A stretch of DNA of 64,000 nucleotides from Callorhinchus milii (Eukaryota): contig NW_024704743.1 of the NCBI RefSeq assembly GCF_018977255.1, forward strand, positions 9,612,001 through 9,676,000. The letters are read 5' to 3'. The notes beneath the pieces are model-generated. The model had not been told where the DNA came from. It saw nothing but the letters and a program-made list of their open reading frames with translations, and did no database searches. The translations under genes and the position numbers were made by a program. Below are positions 29,301 to 43,224 of this stretch, one piece after another. Position 1 is the first letter of the stretch; the number at the start of each line of letters is the position of its first letter.

Positions 29301-31304
29301 AACAACAAAAATTACATTTGTATAGCGCCTTTCACGTCAGGAGGACTGTAATCCAAAAATTCACAAATTATAAATGGCTGCCAGAAACAGTCTTCCAACT
29401 CCTTACTTAGAATGCTCTTTGTGTGTAAAGTTTAGTTACAATGAGGGAAAAGGGTGTAAGAGAAGAAAAATGTTCAGCCAGGGCTCCTATTGTCAGCTGC
29501 TACCCCACCATTAAAATATGTAGCCAAGGGAATTGTTGATGACAAGATTAGGTTGTTGAAACTTTCTGTTTGGAGTAATACGTGGTGCAGTTAACTTGTG
29601 CCAGCTATCCAAGGGAGGGACCATCAGTGGATTAGACTCAGCACAACTCAGTACTTTAAGAAAAGAACGGTAAAACAAAACACTGGAGAAACAAAAAAAA
29701 AGTTTCAGTTATATCCAACTTTGGAAGAAATTATATTGATGGGTCTCTGAACTTTTTTTCTTTTTCCAGTCTAAGTATCTGTATGTGGGCAGAGAACACA
29801 ATATGATATAAAATTCTGAATTATTGACACCTCAGTTCTGCGTAGCAGAATTAACTGGTGGACTGCTTTCACTCTAGCACGTGAATTCCACCCAGACTAA
29901 CAGAATTGAAGTATTCTTTCCGTTGGTTATATGGATCCTGTTTGAATTGGTTAGACTCAACCCAATGAATTGAATTGGTTAGACTCAACTCAAGACTTCT
30001 TGTAACGCAGCACAAACACAGGAAACCTAAGGTGCCTCAAAACTAACTCAGGTATGGAGCAGATACATCACCCCGGGGATTATCAAGGTACTATTCAGAC
30101 ATTGGATTAAGGCTCATTGCTCAGCCAGGGTAAAAGAAGCTTCAGAGTGCATCATAACTTTCCTGGGAGTACATGGTTGACAAAGGGCAATCAATCACAA
30201 TGGAAATATAGTCACCAGTGACATATTTTGCCTTCATCCACCACCAAAGTATTTATTTCAATAAAATTGCTGATATTTCTATTCCAGTATGCAGAAAATA
30301 AAGGATAAACTCACACCAGAAGAGCTGCTCACTGACAAATTAATCAATCAATCTGTGGGTCAAAGCCAAGATGATGGTTTCACAGCAGCACCCAATGGAA
30401 AGTAAAAGTTTCTCCAAACAGACACAGAATTCACCCTGCATACTACACAAAATGCACTGAATATGAAAGTATAGAATGGTGGAGAAACAAAATCATACTG
30501 AAAGTGCTACCGCACAGTAATGTTTCCCTTTAAGGCTGTACATGATCAGCATATAAAACAGCACCATACCCAACTCAATGCATCACCATGTCTAATTTTC
30601 TGTATAGCATTACTCATCTGTCATCATAACTCACTCTTCTGGTGCAAATAAAGGGGCTACTATCCTCAAAAGGTTACCAGTGGCCACTTTAGAAGAAGAC
30701 AAATCTACAGAGAAGAGATTGCACAAAGATGGGTGGGTGATGTGGTAATGGTTTAGCAACAATGGAGAAATGAATGATGTCACAAGGCACCGTGTTTCAC
30801 TGTTTAGCTGTTATACCCGTGATATAGAAATGGAGTAGAAAAATCTAGAATTATGTATCAGTGGTAGATATCAAATCAAATGCAAGGATTATATTGCTGC
30901 TCCTTATCAAGACCAATTATTTCAGAAAGTGTACAATGATGGGGAGGAGCATTTAATGTGCTGTTCCTAGGAGCAAACAACAGGCAACTGCTTCATAAAA
31001 ACAGGCTATTTGACCTGTCAAGCCTGCTTCACCATTACGTCGATAGCAATTCTTCAATTCCATATCCTTCATCTCACTCTCATTTACAAGGAGAGTTTTA
31101 CTAAATCAGATTTTTCAGTGAGCTAGGAAATGGGTAGTATCATAAGCCAAACACAAATTCAAAATAAAAGTCTTGTCAGCCAATCTCTACAAGTGATGGT
31201 TTCTTTCAAAAAGTGAGGAGGTCCAAAACCCAAGAAGATGAATTTTTAAACCCCTTCCTCCCCTTTAGGCCAGACATGCACTACTGCCCCTTTAAAAAAA
31301 TAAA

Positions 31305-34300
31305 GGCAACAACAAAATTACATTTGTATAGCGCCTTTCACGTCGGAAGCACAAGGAGCTGGACAATCAGAGTTTCGGACCTGAGCTGGGGGTCGGGATC
31401 GGGGAAGGTGGAGGTCGGGGGTGGGGGGGGGGGGAGGAGGGTGATTGAAAGCACTGTCGATGAGGAAGTTCTTGAGATGGGTCTTGAAGGAGGCAAGCGA
31501 GGGGGCAAGGCGGAGTGACTCCAGGATGGAGTTCCAGAGGGTGGGGGCAGAGTGGCAGAAGGCCCACACGCCAATAGTGAGGCGAGCGAGGCAGTGGACG
31601 TAAAGCAGGCCAGAGCCCGCTGAGTGGAGGGAGCGAGCAGGATAGCACAGGGTTAGGAGGTCGCAGAGGTAGGAAGGCAGAGCGGGCCATGGCACAGATG
31701 TGGGGTAGAAATGTAAGCAAGACCATGGAGGGCTTTGAAGGTGAGGACCAGGATCTTGAACTGTATCCTCTGTATGATGGGAAGCCAGTGGAATCGGGCG
31801 AGGATGGGGGTGATCGGGTCACGGAGCATAGTGCAGGAGAGGACACAGGCTGCAGAGTTCTGGATGATCTGCAGCCTACAGAGGGAGGAGTTGGGGAAGC
31901 CGACAAGCAAGGAGTTTGCGTAGTCAAGTCTCGATGTAATGAAAGTGTGTATGAGGTTTTTGGTGGCCTGTGGCATGAGACAGTAGCAGAGCCGGGCAAT
32001 GTTACGGAGGTGGAGGAAGGCAGAGCGGGCCATGGCACAGATGTGGGGTAGAAATGTTAGTTGAGGTTCAAACAAGACACCAAGGTTCCAGAATGGCTTA
32101 GTAAGGTGCAGTGTACCTCCACGGACGGTGATGCTGTCAGCGCCTGAATGTTGAGGCGCTGACGGGAGCCAATCAAGAGAGGCTCGGTCTTGTTGTTATT
32201 CAACTGAAGAGAATTAGCACTCATCCAGGACTCCATGTCTGAAAGATATTCTGTCAGGACAGCAGTGGTCCCGGAGTCAAGGGAGGAGGCAGAGAGGTAC
32301 AGTTGGGTGTCATCTGCATACCTGTGGAATTTGACCCCATGTCTGCAGATGATGTTACTAAGAGGGAGCATATAGATATTGAAGAGGAGGGAACCAAGGA
32401 CAGAGCTCTGAGGAACTCCGCTTGAGATGGTGCGGGGACTAGAGGAGAAACCATTTCTGGAGATGAAGTGGAGACGGCATGAGAGGTACGATCTGAACCA
32501 GTCAAGGACAGAGGGAGGTGAGAGGAAAGGCGGTGGATGAGGATAGAGTGATCGATGGTGTCGCAGGCAGCAGAGAGGTCAAAGAGGACGAGGAGGCAGA
32601 GAGAGCCCTGGTCGCAAATGGACAGAATGTCATTTGTCACTTTGACCAGGGCTGTTTCTGTGCTGTGGGCGGCACGGAAACCCGATTGGAGGGGTTTGTG
32701 AAGGGAGTAGCGAGAGAGGAAGGAACGAAGCTGGGAATCACAACTCGTTCCAGGACCTTGGAGAGGAAAGGAAGGTTGGAGATGGGCCGGTAGTTTGAGA
32801 GCAGAGATGGGTCCAGGGAGGGTTTCTTAAGTGATTACAGCCGTTTTTAATGGGGTGGGAACAGTGCCAATGGACAGGGAGAGGTTTATGATGTCTGTGA
32901 GTAGAGGGGCACGGAGTTGGAGCTGGGAGGTAAGGAGAGGGGTAGGGATGGAGAGGGAGCTGTTGGTCAGTTTCATTAGAGTTATAGTGGTGGTGAGAGT
33001 TGGGGGAGAGAGGTTCGAAGGTGTGGACAGAGGGATGGGTAGGGGCTGGGGTGGGAGGGGGAGATGGGGATGGTATAGTAGATGGAAGAGCAGAGGCAGC
33101 TGAGCAGATCCTCTTGACTTTGGATTCGAGGAAGCCCAGCATCGACTCGCAGTTGGCAATGGAGGTGAGGATGGGCAAGGTGTGAGAGGGAGGGCAAGGC
33201 GTGAGAGGGTGGGTGGAGAAGCCGGTTGGTGATGGAGAAGAGGAGCCTGGGATTGTCTTTGGCCTCCAGGATTGTCCAGGAGTAGAATGACGATTTAGCG
33301 GATGCGAAGGGGGAGCAGTTTCGATAAGATCCAGCCACATCTGCCGATGGACCGTTAAGTTTGATTTAAGCCAGGTGCATTCAGCACCTGTGCCTTAAGG
33401 GAGTAGAGGTGGCTGGTGTACCATGGTGACTTACATGAATAAGAGACGGTTCGGGAAGAGAGGGGAGCAAGGGAATGGAGGAGAGGGAGCTGTGAAGGAG
33501 TGACCGAGGAGGATAGGTCATTGCGAGAGGAAGCCCAGAGGGGAAAGAGTTCAGATAACTTCAAGGCAGCAGAGAGGTTAGGGGGGGGGGGGGGGGGATT
33601 TATTTCCAGGGACGGTAGGAGGCGGAGGCGGGTTGGTTGGCAGTAGGGAGACGGATTGAGGAGTTAAGGGAGATGAAGTGATGGTCCAAGATTGCTTTGT
33701 TGATGATGGTGAGGTCCAAGACGGTGAGGCCCCAAGTGATCACCAGGTCGAGCGGATGACCATGGACGTGGATGGCTGAGTGGATGTGGAGGGAGAGGTT
33801 GAGGGAGAAGATAAGGGAGGAGAAGCCAGCAGAGCTGGAGCAGGAGGGGGTGAGTGAAGGTTGAAGTCGCATAGGGTGAGGAGGTGTTTAGAGCAAGAGA
33901 GGGAAGAGGGTGCAGATGTCAGGGATGAAGGTGAGGGAGAGCTTGGGGTGGGGGGGCGATAGATAAGGAGAATTTTGAGGGAAAGGTTGGAGGGGTGATA
34001 AAGGATAAGGTGCTCAAAGGAGGGGAAGGTTCCAGAGGAGTAAGGGGATAGGCCGATTGGGGACTGGGAGATGAGCGCCACGGTGGTTAGGTCGAGAGAT
34101 ATGATGGAAGGTGTAGCCTGGTGGTGTGGCTTCCGTTAGGGGGAAGATGTCGTCTGGAGTGATTCAGGTTTAATGAGGCCCCGAGTGTTGATGTTTTCGT
34201 CGACAATGAGGTCTTAGATGGTGAGATGGTGAGTTGGTAGGCCGATGTGGAGGGGACAGTTGAGGGGAAGGGGGAGGACTGACAAGGAGGGTGGGGATGT

Positions 34301-34660
34301 GGATGAGGGAGGCGAGGTTGTCTCCCGTGGTCAGGAACCGATGGGCTTTATGGCAAGAATGGGGTATAGGGCAGTCGGAGTGGCTGCTGTTGGACAGCCA
34401 GCGGCGTCTGCCACGTTGGACCCGACGGAGGATTCGCAGGCTGGAGCAGATGGAGGCTGTGGGGTGGTCGAGTAGGAATAGGAGTCGGGGAGGACGGTAG
34501 AAGTGCAGGACCGAGTGGGACTAATGGAGGGTTGAGGCAGCGATGGGAGCATTTTGGGGAAGCAGCTCAGGTCGGTGGCGGCAGCCAAAATGTGCACACC
34601 GAGACTAAGAGTGAACAGCAGCCTCCAAAGCCTAGAAATGCGTCCGACAAAGGGCGCAGT
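31305..34660 (-). mobile_element. Near-full-length degenerate L2 LINE (about 3.35 kb; endonuclease and RT)
   Basis: Fragments in order: FEHL...LIYRPP and HGHPLDLVIT...DHH (APE), [12 protein letters not shown] and YADDTQLY (RT), LWNS...FKTHLK, then tail. Many frameshifts. Confidence 0.88.
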
Positions 34661-35164
34661 ATGACTCACTCTCCAACACTCTCTCTTCACCCTCACTTCA
34701 TTCAAGTTAGTTGTCCTCACTCTGCTCAATTCCGCCCCAACTTTCCTAACTTTTAATATCAATGTGTACCGTCAGACATGTTTGTCAAAAAAAATTAATG
34801 GTTTATTCAGGGAAATTCGGGCTATTTTATTACAACACATAATCCAGAAAGAACAACGTCCACACAATGCCTCTGTTGCTTCGCGCTTGGGCCTTTTCAA
34901 ATGTATTCCTCACTCACCTCCCGAGCCCACCATCCAATGTATTCCAAATTCTGTAACCATGCATCCGCGTCATCAGCGTCAAAGGCCATAATCCAGCACC
35001 TCCTCATCTCTCTGATCTCCTACCCCACTCCTCTGCTTGGCAAACTCAGGATTGGTGAACATTTGCTACCCTATCCACACCATTACTGACTGAGCCTTCA
35101 GATTCTGCACCTCTAACCTCTGGAAGATCTCTCTCTCTCTCCTCCACCCCCCCCTCCAGAATTA

Positions 35165-35525
35165 TGTCTTGGATTGTTTTCTCTCGAATTCACGAGGTTG
35201 AGGGGTGATCTAATCGAGGTGTATAAACTTATAAAGGGATTTGACAGGCTGAATAATGAGCAACTGTTTCCTCTGGCAAGAGAATTGAGGTTCAGAGGCC
35301 ATTGTCTTAAACTTGAGGCTGCACCGTTTAAAAGTGAAATAAGGAAACAATTTTTCACCTCGCAGGTGAGGGGAGTGAAGCAGAGTCATTTGAAAAATTT
35401 AAAAGGCAAATATTTAAAATACTTGACATCAAGGAATATGGAGAGGATGGGGAGGTGGAATTGAGTTGCGGATCAGCCATAATCCTGGAAAGTGGTGGGG
35501 CAGGCCTACTGTTCCTAATTTCCTA
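35165..35525 (+). mobile_element. CR1 3' fragment
   Basis: LFSLEFTRLRGDLIEVYKLIKGFD...RGHCLKL. Confidence 0.8.
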
Positions 35526-36239
35526 AATTCCACCTTAAAACCCGTGTCTTCAATTACACCTATGGTAACCTGTTCCTTTCCCTCATCCCAGCCTTTGTAA
35601 AGCGTTCTGGGACGCTGGCCTAATTGAAGAACTCTATATAGATGCAAATTGTTGCTGAAATGGGCTTTTGCATAATGTTTTACAAAGGAAATGCCATTGC
35701 TTATTTACTTGAGTTACAGATTACATTTTGCTAAAGCTCACCATGAAAAGTCTTAATTGCAATAGAATTTTTTTAAATTCTAAACAAAATGAGCACAGAA
35801 ATGCAGCACCTTTTAAAACAGTTCTTTTCTAATTAGAAACTATAGAACCCTAGAAACTTACAGCCCAGAAGGTGGCCATTTGGCCCATTGTTTCTGTGCT
35901 GACTCGTTTAAAGAGCAATCTTTTCACTCTCAATTTGCGCTTAAAAAAATTCACCTAACCTTTCCATTTGCTACCTTGCTAACTATCTTAAATTGATGCT
36001 CTCCTGTCATCGACTCAACAACCACTCTAATTACTATACTTTAGCAGTTTTGTTATCTGAAAATAAAATGATCTTTGCTCCACAACTAATTATCTAGAGA
36101 AATTGATATGATACACAAAAATCTACAGGTTTGGAACACTAATACTTAACTTCGACAGGGAATAAAGCAAAAGTAAAAATTTGGCTAGTACATTCACCTC
36201 CTTCCTCCACCTGGAGCAGCGTCAAGTTCTGCCACTGTG

Positions 36240-36965
36240 CTTTCTTCCTCATATCCGCGCCACAACTGGCACCGCCTTCCATCACCTCCGAAACATCGCC
36301 AGACTACGGCATTACCTCACCCCTCACGCTGCTGAAACTCTGGTCCACTCCTTTATTACCTCAAGGCTGGACTATGGGAACTCTCTTCTCGCCGGCCTTC
36401 CCGGCACCTCCCTCCACAAGCTGCAGGTCATTCAGAACTCCGCAGCTCGTGTACTGTCCCGCACCAGGCTTCGCGATCACATCACTCCCACCCTCGCTCG
36501 CCTCCACTGGCTCCCCATCCCCCAGAGGATCGAATTCAAGATCCTCATCCTCACCTACAAGGCCATTCACGGCCTCGCTCCTCCTACCTCTCCGACCTAC
36601 TATCCCCCTACTTACCTGCCCGTACCCTCCGTTCCTCTGGCTCCGGTCTGCTCCACATCCCCCGCCCCAACCGCCCTACCATCGGTGGTCGGGCCTTCAA
36701 CCTCTCAGCCCCGAGGCTCTGGAACTCCATCCCCCAGATTCGCCGCCTCCTCCCTTTCCTCCTTCAAGGCCGGTCTCAAGACCTTTCTGTTTGACCGAGC
36801 CTTCAGCTCCCCTCTCGACTCTCTACCCCCTCCTCACTCCCTCCCTTCCCTCCCCTCACCCTGACCATTTCCCCCCTGCTCGGGTCCTGACCCAACTGTA
36901 CAGCGCCTTGGGACGTCCTCCCGACGTGAAAGGCGCTCTACAAATGAAATCTTGCTGTTGTTGTT
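36240..36965 (+). mobile_element. Young L2 3' fragment
   Basis: Near-identical to 6300-7030. Confidence 0.9.
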
Positions 36966-37259
36966 AAATGCTCCAAGACGCTGCCCGGTGTGAAGGGCGC
37001 CAGGATTGTCTTGTTAATAATCAAAGAGCAATGGGTTAAAGACACAGCTGGAAGGTGATTGGCTCTTTCCCCACACTAAATACTATTTATTGTTATAGCT
37101 ACAAAGTGAATACAAGTTAGGGTAAGAACCACTTAAAATGCAAGAATGTCTGAACTGTAAAGAGCAGTGATGTGCAAGATTCTGATTATTTCAATTACAG
37201 AACCCCTGATTATCACAGAGTATTCAGCTCAACAAGTCAGCACTGGCTATCGGTGCTAT

Positions 37260-37467
37260 ATAATAATAATAATCCTTGCATTTGATATAGCGTTTTCACG
37301 TCGGGAGGACGTCCCAAAGCGCTTCACAGAACACACTGTAAAATGAATTGACTGTATACTTGTGGGCGAACGCGGCAGCCAATTGCACACAGCAATGTCC
37401 CACAAACAGTCGTAGATTGAAAATGACCAATTTATTATTGTTTTTGGTTTTGGAGGGATTATTATTA
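37260..37467 (-). mobile_element. Same SINE family, 5'-truncated
   Basis: Tail and body nearly identical to the 26060-26265 segment. Confidence 0.8.
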
Positions 37468-37824
37468 TATGACACCTAATCTAATCCCTCTCTTCATTCC
37501 TCATATCTTTCCTTTTCAAGTACCCATCTAATTCCCTTTTAATATAATTTATGGACTCTGCTTCATCAGTTCCATGAGGAATTTTCATTACATGTAAGCA
37601 TTTATAAAATATTAAAATAATTTTCAATTTGTTTTGAGGCATAACTTTGTATTGACTTGACTTAGTTCTTATTTCATGTTGAACAACTTCTGAATTCTAC
37701 TTTGTCTTTGCGAAAATCACACATTATCAGCAAATAAAGTCCAGACATAAATATTGAAGTTTTAGAAACAATGCACCTTACAGGTATAATGATAATAATC
37801 CTTGTATTTGATATAACACCTTAT

Positions 37825-39620
37825 CCTTATCTCCACCATCCACCTTCACACGCCTCACCCATCCTATCCTCGAACTCCAACTGTGAGGAGATGCTGGACT
37901 TTCTCGAATCTAAAATCGAGGGGATACGTTCAGCCACCTCTGCCCCGTACACCGCCACCCCCACATACTCCTTCGACCCTATCTCTCCCTCACTGCCATC
38001 ATTCGCAAACTTAAACCCACCACCTGCTCCCTCCCTCCATCCCATCCTCTCTCCTCATCTCCCAGCTCCATCTTCTGGCCCCTCTCCTGTCCAACGTCAT
38101 CAGCCTCTCCTTGTCCACCAGTTCAGTTCCCACCCCCCTAAAAACAGCCGTCATCACCCAGAGCCTGAAAAAACCTTCCCTGGACCCATCCCTTCTCTCC
38201 AGCTACCGCCCCAGCTCTAACCTCCCATTCCTCTCCAAGGTCCTGGAACGAAAGTTGCGTCCAGCTCCGCTCCTTTCTTTCTTGCCATTCCCTCTTTGAA
38301 TACCTCCAATTCGGCTTCTGTGTTGCCCACAGCACGGAAACAGCCCTGGCCAAAGTCACTAATGACATTCTGAACATCTGTGATCAGGGCTCCCTCTGCC
38401 TCCTTGTCCTCCTCGACCTCTCTGCCACCTTCGACACTGTCGACCATTCCATCCTCCTACACCGCCTCTCTTCTTTACTTAATCTTTGCAGACCTGCCCT
38501 TGACTGGATCGAATCCTATCTCTCTCACCGTCTCCACTTTGTTGCCTCTAACAGTTTCTCCTCCAGCCCCCGCACTGTCACGACTGGCAACCCCCAGGGC
38601 TCTGTCCTTGGCCCTCTCCTCTTTAGTATCTATATGCTCCCCCTTGGTGACATCATCCGCAGACATGGGGTCAACTTCCATATGTATGTGGATGATACCC
38701 AACTATCTTTCTGCCTCCACCCTAACTCCAGAATTATTGCTGTCCTGACAGACTGCCTGTCGGACATCAAGTCCTGGATGAGGGCAAACTTCCTACAGTT
38801 GAATGTGAACAAGACTGAGGCCCTCCTGATTTACTCGCGCCAGGACCTCTGCACCTCAGGCTCTGGCAGAATCAACCTCCATGGTTGCACACTACAACTC
38901 ACCAAGCCAGTCATGAACCTAGGTGTCTTGTTCGACCCTCAACTGTTTTCTTCCCCACATCCAAGCCATGACCCACTCTGCCTTTCCTCACCTCGGTAAC
39001 ATCAACCGACTTGCCCCTCAGGCCGCTGAAACTCTTGTTCATGCCTTCATTACCTTCAGGCTCGACTATGCAAACTATGCTTGTTGGCCTTCCCAACTCC
39101 TCCCTCCACAGGCTGCAGATAATCCAGAATTCTACTGCCCATGTCTTCTCCGGCACCAACTCCACAACCCCATCTCCCCTATTCTCACCCGACTCCATTG
39201 GCTCTCTATCCTTCAGAGGATCCAGTTCAAGATTCTCGTCCTCACCTACAAAGCCCTCCATGGCCTCGCCCCACCCTACCCCTGCGACCTCCTAACCGCC
39301 TACCAACCCGCCCGCTCCCTCTGCTGAGCCGGCTCCTCGTCCCGATCCACCCACCCAACCACTGGCAGGAGAGCCTTCAGCCACTCTGCCCCAACCTCTG
39401 GAATTCCATCCCCCAATCACTCTGCCTCATCCCCTTCTTACCCTCCAAGTCCCGCCTGAAGACCCTCCTCTTCAACCATGCCATCGGTCACCCCCCTTTC
39501 CCACCCCTCCCTTCTCCCTCCCTGACCCCAGCTCGGGTCTGAAATGCTGTACACTGTTCAGCGCCTTGGGACGTCCTCCCGACGTGAAAGGTGCTATACA
39601 AATGTAATCTTGTTGTTATC
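37825..39620 (+). mobile_element. Degenerate 5'-truncated L2 LINE
   Basis: KKPSLDPS...YRPSSNLPFLSKVLER, YVDDTQL, LQIIQNS, 3' tail. Confidence 0.88.
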
Positions 39621-41274
39621 ACATCTTTGAGGTATCTCAAAGCACTAAATACAAGGTATACAAGAACCAAGGAGGGAAAAAAAATTGTTGGCACACATGC
39701 TCAAAACAAATTACTATTTTGAAAGAGGATTAAAGCTAATCATCTCCCACAAAAAAGAGTTTTGAGCAACATTTTTCTCTAAGTTTTTCTCAGGCCAAAT
39801 AAAGTAATTAGCAAAAACACAAACAGAATTAACAGAAATGAGGCAGCATGGAAAATACCTATTCTGCCTCTTACCTGTCGGGTCTACCTTTTATCATCTT
39901 GCTTTTAGGTAGCCTGGCAGACAAGAGGCAGAGTCGGTGTTTTTAGATTGGAGAAATATAAACAATGGTGCTCCCCAAGGATCAGTGATAGGCCCATTGC
40001 TTTTCTCCATTTATATAAATAATCTAGACTCAGGTATAAGGGGTATGTCATTAAAAATAGAGAACATGGCTATTTGGGAAGAGAACTGTAAGCAACTTTA
40101 GGATGATACAGAGACAAACCAAATCTGAGCAGATCAGACAGATAGAAGATACAATACAATTTACATTTATATAGCCTCTTTCATTTGGGAAGATATCTCA
40201 AAACCCTTCACAGTCTTAGTTGGGCACATGAGCTAGGAGTGGGAGCCCGAGGGAGTGGGGAAGGGAATGATTACCAAAAGGGTGGTAGAAGAGGTACTTT
40301 TTGTGACAAGCCTTGAAAGAGGAGCGAAACAGAGCATCTCTGGGATGGCGTTCTAGAATGGCTGAAATCCCAACTGTCAATAATGCATTGGGGAAGGGAC
40401 AGGGAATAGTCCAGTATTTGCTGAGTGAATGGAGCAGCCGGGATGGTGTGATTGGAGGAGGTTACAAGGTAGGGTGGAATAAGACCACAGAGATATTTGA
40501 ATGTGAGAATGAGGACCTGGAACTCAATCCCCTGAGGGATGGGGAGGCAGTTGAGCCAAACAAGAATGAGGGTAATAGGCTCACAGAACCGTCATGAAAT
40601 TTAACGCAGAAAATTTTATTTTAAAAAAGTTATACATTTTGGGAAGAAAAATAACTTGCGTTTATATAGCACCGTCACACGAGCGGTGTTTTGGCATCGA
40701 ACCAAAAAGGGAGGGGAGGTAACCAAAGGCTTAGTCAAAGAAGAAAGTCTTCAGGTGTTATATGAAGAGAAGCAAAAAAGGGGCAAGATAGAGGGATTGA
40801 GGCAAAGAGTTCAAATTCGCGCACAGTGGCTGAAAGCACAGCCAGCAGTTATGGAGCGGAGGGGAAGAGGGACGGGTAGATAGCTCTTTTGGAGAACCAG
40901 CAAACACACAAACAAACCAGCTGAATGGCCTTCTGCTCTCTAAGACACTATCTGTATGAAGGGCACAGCATAAATGCAAGCAGTCGTTCTGTGCTGTAAA
41001 TTTCTATAGATCAGGTTGCTCGTGGACTAATGGAATCTGCCTTAATCCCATTAAAACGTGAAAGAAGCACCAAATTCCATAAACTCCAAAGCGCCTGTAA
41101 ACATGATTGCCCACCTTCACAAACAAGCAACAGCTTGACTGCACACCCTTACACCAACAAACAACGAGCTGCGCACACACACACCAGCAACAGGTGGCCA
41201 CAAATATAACTGCAACTGGACCAGAGACCCACCACCCCTCTGCGGAAGCAGTAGCCAGCTTACCCCATCACAAA

Positions 41275-41885
41275 CAACAAATTACATTTGTATAACGCCT
41301 TTCACATTGGGAGGACGTCCCAAGATGCTCACGCCACCATCAACAACAAATTACATTTGTATAGCACCATTCACATCTGGAGGATGTCCAAAGGCTCTGG
41401 ACAATCAGCGATTTGGACCCGAGCTGGGGTGTTGGGATCAGGAGGGATGGCAGGCAGGGAAGTTAGGGAACCAAGGGGGAGCCGAAGGCATAGTCAAAGA
41501 GGAGGGTCTTGAGGGGCCTTGAAGAAGGCAAGGGAGGGAGCGAGACAAAGGGACAGTTGGATGGTATTCCAAAAGGTGGGGGCAGAGAGGCTGAAGGCCC
41601 AACCACCGATAGTGGGGTGGGGCGGGCAGAGGGTGTAGGTGAGCTGAGGGAGCAATCAGGTCGATATGATGTTAGCAGGTCACAGAGGTAAGAAGGAGCA
41701 AGGCCGAGAAGGGCCTTGAAGGCGAGGACCATGATTTTTAACTCTATCCTCTGGGGGAGCCAAGTGAGGATAGGGGTGATAGGGTCATGGAGCAGGAGAG
41801 GACCTGGGTAGCAGAGTTCTGAATGATCTCCAGCTTGAGAGGGAAGAGTTGGGAAAACCGACAAGCAAGGAGTTAGCGTAGTAAA
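41275..41885 (-). mobile_element. Old L2 3' fragment with doubled tail
   Basis: DPITPILTWLPQRIELKIMVLAFKALLGLAPSYL; two tail copies. Confidence 0.75.
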
Positions 41886-41895
41886 CAGTGAAGCT

Positions 41896-42597
41896 CATCA
41901 GCAGCCGGCCGCACACCAGCAGCCGGCCGCACACCAGCAGCCGGCCGCACACCAGCAGCCGGCCGCACACCAGCAGCCGGCCGCACACCAGCAGCCGGCC
42001 GCACACCAGCAGCCGGCCGCACACCAGCAGCCAACCTCACCCTCACACCAGCAGCCAACCTCACCCTCACACCAGCAGCCAACCTCACCCTCACACCAGC
42101 AGCCAACCTCACCCTCACACCAGCAGCCAACCTCACCCTCACACCAGCAGCCAACCTCACCCTCACACCAGCAGCCAACCTCACCCTCACACCAGCAGCC
42201 AACCTCACCCTCACACCAGCAGCCAACCTCACCCTCACACCAGCAGCCAACCTCACCCTCACACCAGCAGCCAACCTCACCCTCACACCAGCAGCCAACC
42301 TCACCCTCACACCAGCAGCCAACCTCACCCTCACACCAGCAGCCAACCTCACCCTCACACCAGCAGCCAACCTCACCCTCACACCAGCAGCCAACCTCAC
42401 CCTCACACCAGCAGCCAACCTCACCCTCACACCAGCAGCCAACCTCACCCTCACACCAGCAGCCAACCTCACCCTCACACCAGCAGCCAACCTCACCCTC
42501 ACACCAGCAGCCAACCTCACCCTCACACCAGCAGCCAACCTCACCCTCACACCAGCAGCCAACCTCACCCTCACACCAGCAGCCAACCTCACCCTCA
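41896..42597. repeat. Compound minisatellite: 7 x 18-bp (CACCAGCAGCCGGCCGCA) then 24 x 24-bp (CACCAGCAGCCAACCTCACCCTCA)
   Basis: Direct reading; the units are essentially perfect. Confidence 0.97.
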
Positions 42598-42629
42598 CAG
42601 TGAGAGGTGGTGTGAGTGTGACAGTGAAG

Positions 42630-43200
42630 CGCTCTGGGGCGCTGCCCTGCGCTCGGCACCAAGGACTCACACTGTATAAACGCAACTCGTTGTTCACCTT
42701 CACACCCGCGGCCAGAGCCAGGACAGCCGCGCCCTCCCACTCAGTGTCCGGCTGAGGACAAAGTCCTTCACCAGAAGCCGGTGACCGCCTCGGAGCCGTG
42801 CGGTGCGGTGCCCGCGGGGCCGGGTTGAGACTGAAGCCGGCCCCGGGGCTGACTGACAGACCCCAGGCTGGCGGCGGCTGGATATAAAAAAAGGCCCCGG
42901 CATCGGCCTGTCCCTCCCCGGCCTCCCAGCTTGATGTGCCGGTGTCGGGGCCTGTGCCGGGGGCTGACGAGGCTCTGGCGTCACTCCCTCCCCTCCCCGG
43001 CCTCTCCTCACCGTGTCCGCCGTCTCCCCTGGATCACGACGACCTGCAGCTGGAGGTGAAGAGCACAGACCCGACCCCACACCCACCCGGCGACTCGGCC
43101 GCTTCCCTCCTCCCACAGCAGTCAGAGAGAGAGGGGGAGAGCGCGGCCCCGCCACCCAGAGCCCGGGAGCGAGCGCCCCCTGCAGGGCCAGCGCCGCACT
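42630..43200 (-). promoter_or_regulatory. CpG island; probable CUL2 promoter and non-coding first exon (candidate donor ACG|GTGAGG, exon ending at 43012)
   Basis: First CpG-dense non-repeat segment upstream of the ATG exon; contains a GC box, a CTCF-like motif and a minus-strand donor. The TSS cannot be determined from sequence. Confidence 0.65.
43171..43190 (-). promoter_or_regulatory. CTCF-like motif
   Basis: Minus strand reads TGGCCCTGCAGGGGGCGCTC, close to the CCASYAGRKGGCRS core. Confidence 0.5.
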
Positions 43201-43224
43201 GTCACTGTCTCACTGAGAATGATA

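Noticed and set aside
29942..29990. 20-bp direct repeat TTGAATTGGTTAGACTCAAC
   Set aside because: Simple local slippage duplication with no further structure.
41873..42740. Three long ORFs (263-280 aa) such as (SSQPHPHT)n and (VRVRLAAG)n
   Set aside because: Artefacts of stop-free 18- and 24-bp repeat units; no unique coding context.
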